Source of the DNA: Macrostomum lignano
Taxonomy: Eukaryota
Reading direction: 5' to 3'
Assembly (NCBI GenBank): GCA_002269645.1
Contig: NIVC01000930.1
Location: forward strand, 1-64,000
DNA length: 64,000 nucleotides
Part shown: one piece after another, positions 24,698 to 38,200 of the stretch
Numbering within the stretch: position 1 is the first letter of the stretch
How the letters are laid out: the number at the start of each line of letters is the position of its first letter
The notes under the pieces: model-generated
Databases searched by the model: none
What the model was told of the DNA's origin: nothing
The model's input: the letters and a program-made list of their open reading frames with translations, nothing else
Translations under genes and position numbers: made by a program

Positions 24698-26559
24698 GCC
24701 TGCCTGCCTGTCTGTCTGTGTCTGTCTGTCTGTCTGTCTGTCTGCCTGCCTGTCTATCTGTCTGTCTGTTTGTCCTAGTGTCTGTCTGTCACAGCCCATC
24801 TGCAGCCCCTTACCTGCTGCCGCAGGTCGGCCATCTGCGCATGCTGCTGCTGCAGCTGCTCTCTCAGCTCGGCATTCGCGGACTCCAGCTGCCGCTCGGA
24901 CTCCAGCCGGGCAGCCAAGGCGTCGGCCTTCTCGGCGCAGGCGATGTCCAGCAGCTCCAGCAGTTGCCGCTCCCGTTCGGCCAGGCGCGCCGTCCTCCGA
25001 CGAATATCCGAGGTTAGCAGGGACTTCAGCGACTCCACAGTGCGGCGGCTCCGATCCAGACTCTCAGTCTGGTGGTAGAGCGACTCAAGCAGTACCTGGG
25101 GACACGGGGGTGGTTGGGAAGAGAATTCAAGTTTTAACACTAGCAATAGGTGAATGATCTGAATACTGGTAAACATATGTGAACACAGGTGAACATGGAT
25201 TTGAAAACTGGTGAACATAGATGTGAACACTGGTGAACATAGTAAGTTGTGAACACCGGTGATCATAGATGTGAACACTGGTGAACATAGTTGTGAACAC
25301 CGGTGATCATAGATGTGAACACTGGTGAACATAGATGTGAACACTGGTGATCATAGATGTAAACACTTGGTGAACATAAATGTGAACACTGGTGAACATA
25401 GATGTGAACACTGGTGATCATAGATGTAAACACTTGGTGAACATAAATGTGAACACTGGTGAACAAAGACCAGCAAATGAAAGGCGTGAAAGCAGCAAAT
25501 GACGCCACCAACCTGTTTCTCCCCAACCAGATTCTCATTCTCATCAGTGAGGTGGGTGTTCCTCAGCTGCAGCTCAGCCAGCTCCAACAGCGTTGCCTGC
25601 AGCTCTTCCGTCGCGCTGAAGTTTGCCTCCTCCATCTGGGCCAGACGCTGGCGCATCTCCGCGGCTGCTCCGCCAGCTTCGGCAGCAACGTCGGCAGGAA
25701 CGTCGGCCAGAGGCGAAGTGGCCGCCGGCACTGCGCTGGCAGCGGCCGCGGCAGAGCGGCGCAGTCGCTGGCACTCGGACTCGAGCTGGGCCATTCGAGC
25801 CTCCCTAGCAGCCGCTTCCGCTTTAGCCGCCTCCAGTTCCGCTTTGAGTCGTTCCGCTTCCGCTTTGCCGCGACTACCTGCGCCGCGGACACTCTTCTCT
25901 CGCTCCAGACCGGCGGCGCTACTAGAAGACGGCTCGCCAGCAGAAGCAGCGGCGATGGCGCCGTCGGAAGCAACAGACTCGGCAGCGGCTGTTGCAGTAG
26001 AAGAGCAGCAAATTATCGAAGCCGACACGGCGGAAGCGGCGCCTGCGGCGGCGTTGGTCCCGGCGCCGCCGGTAGCGACAGCTGCAGAATGAGGCGTCGG
26101 GGCGATGCCCTGAGCGGATGAGGACTTCTTCATCGGCTGCTGAATGCCGCGATTGCCGCTATTAGAAGCAGACCGGCCAGACAGAGTCGCCGTTCGCAGG
26201 CCGAGGTTCTCCTGACTGCGGGACACGATCGAATTCGCCTGTTGCTGCTGCTGCTGGGCTACCGCTGTTGAAGCTGATGAAGAGATCGGCAGGGTGGCGC
26301 GCTTGACCCGGCCGCCCCCGCTGCGATGCTGCTGCGACACCGCGGCTGAGCCAGCAGCCGCTGGATCGCTGGGCGTCTTGGCGTGACTGTGATGATGATT
26401 ATTGTGACTACTGCCGACACTATTCGTATTGTTGCAGGCTGCCACTAGGGGAATTCGCGGTGAATTGCTTGCACCGCCGCCGACGCTGCTGCTGTTCGAC
26501 TTTTTGTCCTCTCGCATGCCGGGCTGCTGCCGTGGCCCGCTGCAGTGCATGGCGGACAT
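20151..26559 (-). CDS. SPECC1L: Cytospin-A / SPECC1-like coiled-coil protein with C-terminal calponin-homology domain, about 1032 aa, 6 coding exons
   Basis: Exons 26559-25513, 25095-24814, 24143-23907, 22899-22603, 22112-21636 and 20909-20151 are all phase 0. [40 protein letters not shown] and the CH domain [13 protein letters not shown]...[12 protein letters not shown]...ERPDW match cytospins. An extra upstream exon cannot be excluded. Confidence 0.88.
20990..21630. repeat. 23-bp minisatellite (CCGGAAACTACACCCAAAACCCA) in the last SPECC1-like intron
   Basis: Period 23 is visible (CCGG at 21425, 21448, 21471). It produces spurious ORF 20931-21950. Confidence 0.95.
22165..22595. repeat. About 34-bp degenerate minisatellite (AAAACACCGGAAATATCC...) in a SPECC1-like intron
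   Basis: ACCGGAAAT recurs roughly every 33-34 bp. Confidence 0.85.
22930..23830. repeat. Purine-rich low-complexity tract (GGGAAGAGAGGGGAT-like) in a SPECC1-like intron
   Basis: Directly visible. Confidence 0.9.
24163..24790. repeat. (TCTG)n microsatellite in a SPECC1-like intron
   Basis: Directly visible, with TCATAGTG interruptions. Confidence 0.97.
25160..25460. repeat. 22-bp minisatellite (GTGAACATAGATGTGAACACTG) in SPECC1-like intron 1
   Basis: Directly visible. Confidence 0.9.
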
Positions 26560-26589
26560 TTTGCGCTTATCATTGAGTGTTCCTTGGAT

Positions 26590-27460
26590 CTCTGAGTGTC
26601 TATTCGATCTCTGACTGTCCCTTGGTTGTCTATGACTGTCCCTTGGTTGTCTATGACTGTCCCTTGGTTGTCTATGACTGTCCCTTGGTTGTCTATGACT
26701 GTCCCTTGGTTGTCTATGACTGTCCCTTGGTTGTCTATGACTGACTGTCCCTTGGTTGTCTATGACTGTCCCTTGGTTGTCTGACTGTCCCTTGGTTGTC
26801 TGACTGTCCCTTGGTTGTCTGACTGTCCCTTGGTTGTCTATGACTGACTGTCCCTTGGTTGTCTGACTGTCCCTTGGTTGTCTATGACTGTCCCTTGGAT
26901 CTCTGAGTGTCTCTTCGATCTCTATGACTGTCCCTTGGTTGTCTATGACTGTCCCTTGGATCTCTGAGTGTCTCTTCGATCTCTATGACTGTCCCTTGGT
27001 TGTCTATGACTGTCCCTGGATCTCTATGAGTGTCTCTTCGATCTCTATGACTGTCCCTTGGATCTCTGAGTGTCTCTTCGATCTTTATGACTGTCCCTTG
27101 GTTGTCTATGACTGTCACTTGGTTGTCTATGACTGTCACTTGGTTGTCTATGACTGTCACTTGGTTGTCTATGACTGTCACTTGGTTGTCTATGACTGTC
27201 CCTTGCATGTCTATGACTGTCCCTTGCATGTCTATGACTGTCCCTTAGATGTATGTGTCCCTTTAATCTCTACATGAGTGTCTCCTCGATCGCTATGAGT
27301 ATCTCTTCATTCTCTATGAGTGTCTCTTTAATTTCAGAGTGTCTCATCAATCTCTTATGGGTGTCTCTTCAATCTCTTTGAGTGTGCCTTTAATCTTGTC
27401 TCTTCGATCGCTATAAGTGTCCCTCAAATCTCTGAGTGTCCCCTTTTCTCTGTATGTGTG
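26590..27460. repeat. 21-bp minisatellite (CTATGACTGTCCCTTGGTTGT) immediately upstream of the SPECC1-like ATG, probably in a 5'UTR intron
   Basis: The repeat is directly visible; the intron location is inferred. Confidence 0.9.
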
Positions 27461-28194
27461 TCTCTTCAATCCCTATGAAGTTTTTTAATATCTGAGTGTT
27501 CCTCCAATCTAGTTGGTATGTTCACTGCAGAGGTACTTTTTCTATAAAAAAAGAATTAAATAACAAAGAAGTTTTCGAAATCTGACAAAAACAGAGAAAA
27601 CAGGCAAAACAATTTATTTGAAATCACTCAAGTGAACATACTAATGAGATAAAAAGTATCGTATTTAGGTGTCCAATAGTATGCGTTAATGATACTACTC
27701 ATCGGCTTTGGCTGAGTAGTACAATAGATAGTTGAGAAAAAAACGTAGAAAAAAAGCAAAAAAAATGAGAGGAAGTCAAAAGCTAAAAATTTGAAGTTGT
27801 ACTTTTAAATTTAAAAGACACTTCCTTATTTGTATTTAAAAAACATAAAGCTATATAACTAACCAAAAAGAAAGTAAAATATATAAGAAAAAGTCAAGAA
27901 ATAAACAAAAGCTAACTGTGGTTCGTTCGGACAACACAGCACAGGACTAAATGGTGAAGTAAAAAAGATTAAAATAGTTTTTTCTATGACGGTAATGGTA
28001 GGCAATCGGAATTAAAACCACAGCTACTAGAAGAACTGATATGCCACTCGCAATTAACATTGTGAAAAATTAGAACGCCTACTCTTTATTCAGTAGTTTA
28101 ACTAATCAGTGCTACTTAAATTTAATGTGGTAGCTAAAATTTTCTTTCTTTTTCTCGGGAAACTCAGCTATAGTGGGGGGTGGGTGGGGCAGGC

Positions 28195-28470
28195 TCAATC
28201 TAGCTCAGCCAATCAGAGAGCAGTAAGGAAAGAGGTCAAAGTAACAGACGGACGAAACTCAGCCCAGGCCCAATCCTAGCTCAGCCAATCAGAGAGCAGT
28301 AAGGAAAGAGGTAAAGTCTCAGACGGACGAAACTCAGTCCAGGCCCAATCTAGCTCAGCCAATGAGAGAGCAGTAAGGAAAGAGGTAAAAGTCACAGACG
28401 GACGAACCTCAGCCCAGGCCCAATCTAGCTCAGCCAATAAGAGAGCAGTAAGGAAAGAGGTCAAAGTAAG
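28195..28470. repeat. About 75-bp tandem repeat (3.6 units) with two CCAAT motifs per unit
   Basis: TAGCTCAGCCAAT starts at 28201, 28277, 28351 and 28426. Confidence 0.9.
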
Positions 28471-28980
28471 ACACAAGCGGGCAAAATAAAAGCCAAACTG
28501 TTTTTTAAATCGGCCTGGGCTGGGGGCACCGCCCCTTTTCTCTCTTGTCCGCTATACACACGCATTATATTTGGGAGTCGCTGCAAAAAAGATGACAGGA
28601 TGCAGATGATTGCTGCAATAACTTTAAATATCTCGAAAACTTAATAGTTTTTTACTATTATAAAGACAAAATTATGTAAACAAAATAATTGTTCAGAAAA
28701 AAATATTTCAGAATGTTAAATTATTATATAGCCAAGAAAAAAGACCTATTCGAATGTTTTATGTATGTGTCCCACAATGGCAGATATAGTTCTTCTATAA
28801 TAATATCGAGGTTCTAAAAAGGCATAACTAGCTCGTATAACACCCCGACATTACATATCTACATAACTCTAAAAAAACATGTCTTAGAAATGGTACGATC
28901 TCTATTATTATTCCAAACCGAGCAAACATACAAGAAAGCCGTTAATATCTGATAGACTAGCAGGGGAGCAATGAGCCGCC

Positions 28981-31900
28981 CTACTTAGCCTTGACGCCCT
29001 TGTCGACAATGACAAAGGCGCGCAGGCCGAAGTGGTCCAGCATTTGTCGCACAACGCAGCACCAATAGTGCAGATGCGCGACCACAGCCACGACAGTCAG
29101 ACAGCCGAGGCAGGCCAATTCGAACTGCAGCGACGATCGCCGTAGCAACAGCCCGGCAACGGTCAGACAATACAGACAGCCAAGAGTATTAAACAGTTCG
29201 CAACGAGTCTGACTCATCTGGCTGACAATCAGGCGGCACTGAAATTGAGGGAATTATGGGGGGGGGGTAACACAGATACAGGTGGGAAGGGAAGAAAGTT
29301 TGGGAAAGGACAGGGGAGAAGATAGATATTGAGGGGGGAGGGTGAGGGAGAGAGCGGGAGAGGGGGAGAGAGAGTGAGGGGAGATGGTGATGGGGAGAGG
29401 GTGATGGGGAGATGGTGATGGGGAGAGGGTGATGGGGAGAGGGTGATGGGGAGAGGGTGATGAAGAGAGTGATGGAAGAGGGTGATGGAGAGTGATGGAA
29501 GAGGGTGAAAGGGGGAAGGGGGAGGCAGAGGGACAGAGATATAGGCGAGATAGAGCGTGATAAATGTAGATAGATAGAGAGTGAAACATAGGATTAGGGT
29601 GAAGGGGCGAGAGGGAGAGGAAGACAGAGGCAGAGGATATAAAGAAGAGGATAGGGCAACTGGGACAAAAAAGTTCATATAAACTTGTCATGCAAAATTA
29701 ACCATGAAATTTGCTGATTTCCCAATACACCCCATCCCCACCAGTGCCACAAACCTGGAACCATGCGCCCGACCCTGTATATTTATTTGGATGAACATTC
29801 GTACGATACAGATTCCTTCATCACCTGACTAACTAAAAGTACATTTTTAAAAAACGGCGAATCAATTTAAAACATAGCACAGATAGAAAGGCCCACTGGC
29901 CTCGTCTGGGGTGTTGTTTAAAAAAAAACCGGTAATCACACGGCAGCCCTACCGACCGACTGAAAATGTCATTCATAGCAGTGCGGGTTCTAGGACACAC
30001 GACCAACTAAGAAGCTATATAATAATATAGAAATTTCCGTTGGCAAAAGAAAAACAGAAAAAGCAGCTGTAAAGAACTTTATAGCTTGGCTGGCAGATTT
30101 GCATATCATACAAAATTATATAATCCAGAAGTTGCTACGGTTTTAGTCGGATATCTGGGACAGAATAACTTTGTGAAATTTGCATTAACATGTGTTATAT
30201 TCTTAAGTAGACTAAAGAAGTCAAGTAAGTGGAATAAAATACAATTGATTGCAAAGAGTTAATACGTATGAAAATGCGTTTGCCTGTGCAGTGAGGTGCA
30301 AACTGGCACATACCGAATCAGTATGCAACTAGTGATATTGAATTGCATTGGACGGGCGGGATAGAGGACATAGACAGCGGAATGGGGAAGATAGACAGGG
30401 CGGAATGGGGAAATAGACAGGGCGGAATGGGGAAGATAGACAGAGCGGAATGGGGAAATAGACAGGGCGGAATGGGGAGATAGACAGGGCGGAATGGGGA
30501 GATAGACAGGGCGGAATGGGGAGATAGACAGGGCAAAATGGGGGAGATAGACAGGGCGGAATGGGGAGATAGACAGGGCAAAATGGGGGAGATAGACAGG
30601 GCGGAATGGGGAGATAGACAGGGCAAAATGGGGGAGATAGACAGGGCGGAATGGGGAGATAGACAGGGCAAAATGGGGAAGATAGACAGGGCAAAATGGG
30701 GGAGATAGACAGGGCGGAATGGGGGAGATAGACAGGGCGGAATGGGGGAGATAGACAGGGCGGAATGGGGGAGATAGACAGGGCGGAATGGGGAGATAGA
30801 CAGGGCGGAATGGGGGAGATAGACAGGGCGGAATGGGGAGATAGACAGGGCGGAATGGGGAGATAGACAGGGCGGAATGGGGAGATAGACAGGGCAAAAT
30901 GGGGGAGATAGACAGGGCGGAATGGGGAGATAGACAGGGCAAAATGGGGGAGATAGACAGGGCAAAATGGGGGAGATAGACAGGGCGGAATGGGGAGATA
31001 GACAGGGCAAAATGGGGAAGATAGACAGGGCGGAATGGGGGAGATAGACAGGGCGGAATGGGGGAGATAGACAGCGGAATGGGGAGATAGACAGGGCGGA
31101 ATGGGGGAGATAGACAGGGCGGAATGGGGGAGATAGACAGGACGGTATTGGCGACAATGGAACTCACAGTGATATTGGTGAACACGGTGCCAAAGGCGGT
31201 GAAGAACAGTCGCGGCGAAGCGTGCAAAACATTGTTAGGTGAATAATAGGCCCAAGCGGCTGATGAGGCCAATAGAAGAAAGGCCGCGGCCAGAGGTTCG
31301 ACAGAAGCTACCAGGCCTGACTTCCGGTTGGTTCCAGCCCGGAATGCCTTGGCCACATTGTAGATCGTCAGCGGCACGCACAGGGTCCAGAATCCGCCTA
31401 TGGGGATGATGAAGGATAAAGCGGGTGGGGATTTTTGTTGGCGATTTTCTATGGAGATTTTTAATGTTAGTGACGATTCTGGTAGTTACTGGGGCCGATT
31501 CTAAATTGTTGCTAGGGCCAATTCTAGATGGTTGCTAGGGGCGATTCTAGATGGTTGCTAGGGGCGATTCTAAATGGTTGCTGGGGGCGATTCTAGATCG
31601 TTGCTAGGGCCGATTCTAGATCGTTGCTAGGGCCGATTATAGATAGTTGCTAGGGGCGATTCTAAATGGTTGCTAGGGACGATTCTAGATGGTTGCTAGG
31701 CGCCACTTTAATCGTTGCTAGGGCGGATTATTTTGTTTACTAGAGGCAACTCGGAAAGAAATTTTTTGCAAAGCAAAAAAGGTACGATTATTTGGGCACC
31801 AGCTGCTGCCTTACCGTAAACAACAGCCACAGCAATGTCCGGGTAGGTGAAGTCTCCGATGGCGAAATCCTGCCAGAAATCAGTGCCTAGCACGTAGGTG

Positions 31901-32168
31901 GCGAGGTAAAGGCCGACCAGAGCGACCTGGGAGAGGTTCAAGTTTAGATGGGATTTTCTTTTAATGGAAGCAAAGAGAATTTAGTATTTAAGAGCAGTTC
32001 AGAGCCATAGTCGATCTGCAGCAGATATGTCAGTTGGGAGCAGCAAAGCAGCTCGACAGACAGACACACAGACAGACAGAAGACAGACAGACAGACAGGC
32101 AGACAGACAGACAGACAGACAGACAGACAGGCAGGCAGGCAGACAGACAGACAGACAGACAGACAGGC

Positions 32169-32201
<33 letters not shown>

Positions 32202-35200
32202 GGCAGACAGACAGACACACAGACACTAAGACAGACAGACAGACACTATGGCAGACAGACAGACAGGCAGACAGACAGACACACAGACAGACAGGCAGAC
32301 AGACAGACACACAGACAGACAGGCAGACAGACAGACAGACAGACAGACAGACCAGACAGACAGACAGACAGAGGACAGACAGACAGGCAGGCAGACAGAC
32401 ACAGCCCTCACCTGGCTGAGATCGTAGCCCCACGGCAGGAACAGCACCCCGGTGACGTATTTCTCCCAGTGGGACAGGTAGAACTGGCCCATCACGGCCA
32501 GGTAGATCAAGTAGAGCCTGCCCGGATCAACCCCGAATCTGCCGCGGCCAAACACGGCGTGGGCAATCATGGGGTACAGCAGGGTGGTCCACGAGTCCAG
32601 GCCGTGGTCCAGCAGCTCGCCAACTGGGGAGCCGGTGCCCGTCCTGCGGGCCTGCTTGCCGTCCATGCCGTCTGAGGGGTTCGAGGGCGATTCTATTTCA
32701 GTTTCTCATGCAGTCTATCTGAGTTTCTCATGCAGTCTATCTGAGTTTATCAAGCAGTCTATCTGAGTTTCTCATGCAGTCTATCTGAGTTTATCAAGCA
32801 GTCTATCTGAGTTTATCAAGCAGTCTATCTGAGTTTGTCAAGCAGTCTATCTGAGTTTCTAATGCAGTCTATCTGAGTTTCTCATGCAGTCTATCTGAGT
32901 TTCTCATGCAGTCTATCTGAGTTTCTCATGCAGTCTATCTGAGTTTCTCATGCAGTCTATCTGAGTTTCTCATGCAGTCTATCTGAGTTTCTCATGCAGT
33001 CTATCTGAGTTTCTCATGCAGTCTATCTGAGTTTCTCATGCAGTCTATCTGAGTTTCTCATGCAGTCTATCTGAGTTTCTCATGCAGTCTATCTGAGTTT
33101 CTCATGCAGTCTATCTGAGTTTCTCATGCAGTCTATCTGAGTTTCTCATGCAGTCAATCTGAGTTTATTAAGCAGTCTATCTGAGTTTATCAAGCAGTCT
33201 ATCTGAGTTTATCATGCAGTCTATCTGAGTTTATCAAGCAGTCTATCTGAGTTTCTAATGCAGTCTATCTGAGTTTCTCATGCAGTCTATCTGAGTTTCT
33301 CATGCAGTCTATCTGAGTTTCTCATGCAGTCAATCTGAGTTTATTAAGCAGTCTATCTGAGTTTATCAAGCAGTCTATCTGAGTTTATCATGCAGTCTAT
33401 CTGAGTTTATCATGCAGTCTATCTGAGTTTCTCATACAATCTATCTCAGTTTCTCACGGCCATCTGAGTTTATCATACAGTCTATCTCAAGCTCATAATT
33501 TACTTTACAATTGAACCATCAATCAATAAATCAATACAGCGATTACCCAATGTGTGCGAAATGAACCCCAGTGCTGCACTAGCCAGCCAGAATCCAGCTG
33601 GAATAGCTGGAAACTGGGAATACTCAGCAGATGAAGCGTACATCTCAGGATCAAAGTACACAGCCAAAAGGGCATTGACAACCAGGCAGAGGAAGCCAGT
33701 GACAGTTAGCAGGTTAGGCGCCAACCATCGAGGCAGGAACTGCAATTTCAAGTGTTTAATAATTATGCTTTTATGGCATGTACAAAGCTATACTAGACTA
33801 TATTATTTATTATTATTATTGCTTACCTGGACAAGCCAGCCCCAAAATGGATGCATCACATAGTTGGAGAACGGGCTCGTGTCCTGAGATGAATACTAAT
33901 ATAAAGAATGGTAGATGAAGGAGATATTTTAGTTATTACAATTAGCTTCGACACAATTGATCCTATCAAACCTCTATATATGCTTATATGTTAGATAGAA
34001 ATACCAATTAAGTTCCCTTAATCTTAAAATTCTGTGCCCCCAACAAAAATTTAGCTTTAAATTCTAACCAATCTCATTTTAAAAACATTTACATTTGACT
34101 TTTATTCATATGTCTACATTTCATTCATTTTATTGATTTCATTTATTGATATATTATTAAACCAACATTCAAAGGCCAAAATACATTCCATAGTAATGAG
34201 TAATGAATATTTATAATTCCTAGTGCTAAAGCTAGATTAATAAACAGTTTTTAGCTAAGTTAAAAATAAACACATTTTGATTTTTTAAAATTATCCATAG
34301 ACTTGATAATTGATACATTTTAGAATTAACAATGAATGATAATGATAAATCAATCTTCTATGAATATCATTTATGCTGGTCACATTACTTTGTTTTAAGA
34401 AGTAGCAATTTTCTTTTTGGTTTTATTCTCATTTTTTCTATTGCCTCTTGTTACAAAGTCATTTCGATATAGCCAACTATATATCCTGAATGAATGATCT
34501 CCTATGCAAAGAACTATATAGAGCATATGTAAAATCCCCAAATTGAAAAGTTTGGCCATAACCAAAAAATTTCTATATTCATATCTGTAGCTTAATCTAT
34601 ATTTTTATAGTCTATCTATATTTATATCTTATAACTTTCTTATAACTTCCTTAAATTTTAATGAAGTTAACCCTGATGGCAACAGTTAATTTATCATTTA
34701 CAATATAACATAATAAGAAAGTAGAGTGATAGCAATAATTTAACCTTTTAGTCATTAAAAGTGTCTTATTTATTTATTATACAAAAATAATGACTAGGAT
34801 TATATTTATCTTAACTTTAGTCTTACTAGCCCAACCATGCTATTTACATATAGCATCAAAAATCTATATTGCTTGAGTCTAACTCTAAGGAATTATTGGA
34901 GTTCCTTTCACAAAAGCTTTTAAACTAGCAACATTTCTTTATTTCCATTGCACTTCAATAGTATTTTAATTCTTGGTCATTGAGTGGCCAATATCTATTA
35001 GATGTATGCTTATAAGAAAATCTTCCAATAACCATATTCAGCCTACTCTTACTGCTTAAGGAATGGCAAAATAACTTAATAAAATGTATGTGTCTGGTCA
35101 TCCAAAAAGTTCTTGCACTTATTTTTTGGATTTGATAGCTTATAAATTTGGTTGTGTTTCATTTTAACTTTGAAATTTTAATATCCAATAAAAAAATATA

Positions 35201-38200
35201 TCTTTTGAATCAATATAGCTTATAATGCTCATTGGAATTATTTTTTAAGCCAATCATTTTTAGCAATGAAAATAACCATATAATATTCAAAATTCTTAAT
35301 TTCTTTGCTTTCCAAAATTAAACATAACAGTTTATTAAAATTTTTTCTAAAATGGTTTTTTTATAGGTCTGGCTTGGAGTGGGTCATAAATCATTGGTAG
35401 CTTTAGTCTTGACTATGTATCATGCATAGAAATATTCATTCTATATGCTTCAGTTAAATGGGTTCCTTATCTGTGCTGCACATGGGGGTAGGAAATGGCA
35501 GCTATAAGTATATGTATCTGATGGACTGGGATGGCATATAGAAAAATATTTTACTTATGATATACAATCAATGTTACATGCTAATGCAAGCAGTGCAGAG
35601 GTGCCCTAAACCTTATCATGTTGTCAATTTGGTAGGACATTAAAAGTATACTATTATTTGAACTGCTGCCACCTAATACCAGCAATATTATAGGTACTGG
35701 TTGTTTCAGTGACAAGTTGTTTTGGTGACAGATGTTTTGGTGACAAATAGTCATTTTGGTAACAAGTTGCTTTTGTTACAGACACTTTTTTGATAAAAAA
35801 TTAAAGAATTTATAAGTATAGTCATTTTAGTGACAGCAAGTGCCTAATAATATCATCTTGTTATTATTTTGTTACGATTTATGTTCATTCATATTTGAAA
35901 TTTTCAGTCAAAAGATTAGTATATATAGGAAAAGAAATTAAACTAATTACATGGTTTTCTTTCTGTGCAGATTGTTTTGAATTGTCCCAGAATATTCAGA
36001 CACATAAACATAAAGCCATTGAAAATCCACATGAAATGCTGACTATGAGAAAAGCAGATATTCACTAGACACAATTGTAATTATATTGATATAAATTCAA
36101 AAGATTGCAACTCTGGAATTGTAAATAAAGAAAATTAAATAAAGCAATACTCAACCATTGCAGAAAATTATTAAAAAGTTAGGGTTTGATATCCCTTAAG
36201 ATTTTCAAGGTAATTTATGGTTCAAAAACAAAATGGCTATATCATTTTATTCTTTTTTATTTAAAAAAAAGTTTTTTTTCAATTTTATTATTTGCACCAA
36301 ATTTCTGAAGTGAACAATCATTAAAGGGTATTTTTCATGTCACCAAAATGACTTTTGCTTGCCACCAAAATGTCTTGTTACCAAAATGACTGTAATCCCA
36401 TATTACATAGCTGTATTGCTAAAAACTTGATTGCTTAGCTACTTAGTTTCAACTTAAACACTTGAACTATAGCTCTATCTACTTCTTCCATAATAATATC
36501 AGCTCCTACATTGCAATTATCACTAGACAAAAGCTGCTTAAGCTAGGCTAAGAAGTTTTTATCTACTTACTATATGACCTAGACCTTGCAATTTTTGACT
36601 AGACCTATTCTTGTCTTATATTCTCAAAGTATATATCTATGGCCTATGCAGAGATTTTATTGTAGGTTATCCATTGTGCAAATCAAATATGTAAATTTGC
36701 ATTGTTTATATCCCATAGTCTAGATCATGCTAGGTGCATGCCCAAACAAAAATTGAATAATTACAAATGCATGCAGAAAAAAAATTGAGTTGAAAATAAA
36801 TAAATAATAAATAATAATAAATAATAAATAAAAATAAATAAAATTGAGACAAAAAGTGATATACAAAGCTATTTGAAAATGCAAGTATTTTTAGTTTCTG
36901 TAACAAAAAGTATCAACATTTCAAAGAAAAAGGTTATAGTTAAAATATGACAAGAATGAAAATAGAAAAATATAATATTTATAGAATGTCCATGCCCATG
37001 CCCATTCTCAAAACTACACTGGTGTTGCGACAATAAATGAATTTTTTATATTGTGACAATAAATAACCTTTTTGAATTGCATAATAGATTGCATAATCGA
37101 TCCTTTTTAGCAGATAATTTGGTTAATTTTTCTGCTTTTTCAGCGATACTATTTCTAATGGAAAATCGATACATTCAAAAACTTGTTTAAATGCTTTATT
37201 ACAACCTTAAAAAACCTGGAAAGCTTGAAATTTACACTTAAGAATGAACTTTTTTCATATTTTTTCTACTTCACAACAACTCCTCCACATGATTTTATAA
37301 AGTGCATGCCAAGTGTGCACATATTACTATTTTCTTAGTAGTGATGCACACCAACTGTGCATGCCTACTTTTGGCATACAAGACCAATGCATGCCTGAAT
37401 TTTGGGCATATACTACCCATAATCAAGGTGGCCTTTTTGCTTGAAAATTCCAGCATGCATTAGCCCTTCATAGTTCATTTGGCATACATTTGGCATATTT
37501 AAATCTTAAAAAATTGCATTTGGCATACTGTATACACAACAAAATTGCTTTTGGCATACAATAAGTGGTATACAAAGCTATTTGAAAATGCAAGTATCTT
37601 CAGTTTCTATAACAAAAAATATCAACATTTCAAAGAAAAAGGTTACAGTTAAAAGATAATAAGAATGCAAATAGGAAAAATAATATTAATAGAATGTGAT
37701 AGTGCTATTTAATTAAGTACTAGGACTTTGTGAAACTGCACATTGTTGTAAAGGAAAAATAGACACATTTTTTTGTTATAATATAAATATAAATGTCAAA
37801 CATAAAAATGGAAAAAAGGTCCTTTATTATTGCAGTGCAAAAATAAAGTTGCATAACTTTTTAATTTTGGCATACATGACAATTATATTTCCAATTTTTG
37901 GCATACTTGGCGTACATAGGAACCTTTTCCCGAATTTAATTCTGGCATGCATATGCCACCTTCCTGAATATAGTATATTATATGATCCAAAATATAGTTT
38001 ATATCTTAGCTTATTAGCTACAAGCAATATAAAAAACATGAAAATACTTTAATTATATAAGGTACAATAGTAAAACATGATTATAAATATTATATATTTA
38101 AAATATTTGCATATTTTAGAATTTAGGAGTAAACAAAGAAAATTAAATAAACTAAAAATGTCTCAGAATACTTTTTAAATAAAAGCTTTGATTATAATTT

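Noticed and set aside
22871-24799. [12 protein letters not shown] and SVCL ORFs (also 17890-18610, 30259-31157, 31999-32675, 49048-49721, 51898-53177, 56749-57375, 58751-59600)
   Set aside because: These are microsatellite or minisatellite translations. Only the non-repetitive parts that coincide with reconstructed exons were kept.
28900-28983. Stop-codon readthrough of the EPT1 TAG to give a Sec-like extension
   Set aside because: The stop is TAG rather than TGA, the context is not a known readthrough motif, and the extension has no similarity to the SELENOI tail.
34990-35640. Possible ancient non-LTR RT remnant in EPT1 intron 1 ([13 protein letters not shown]-like)
   Set aside because: It has too many stops and only faint motif resemblance, so it cannot be supported without a profile search.
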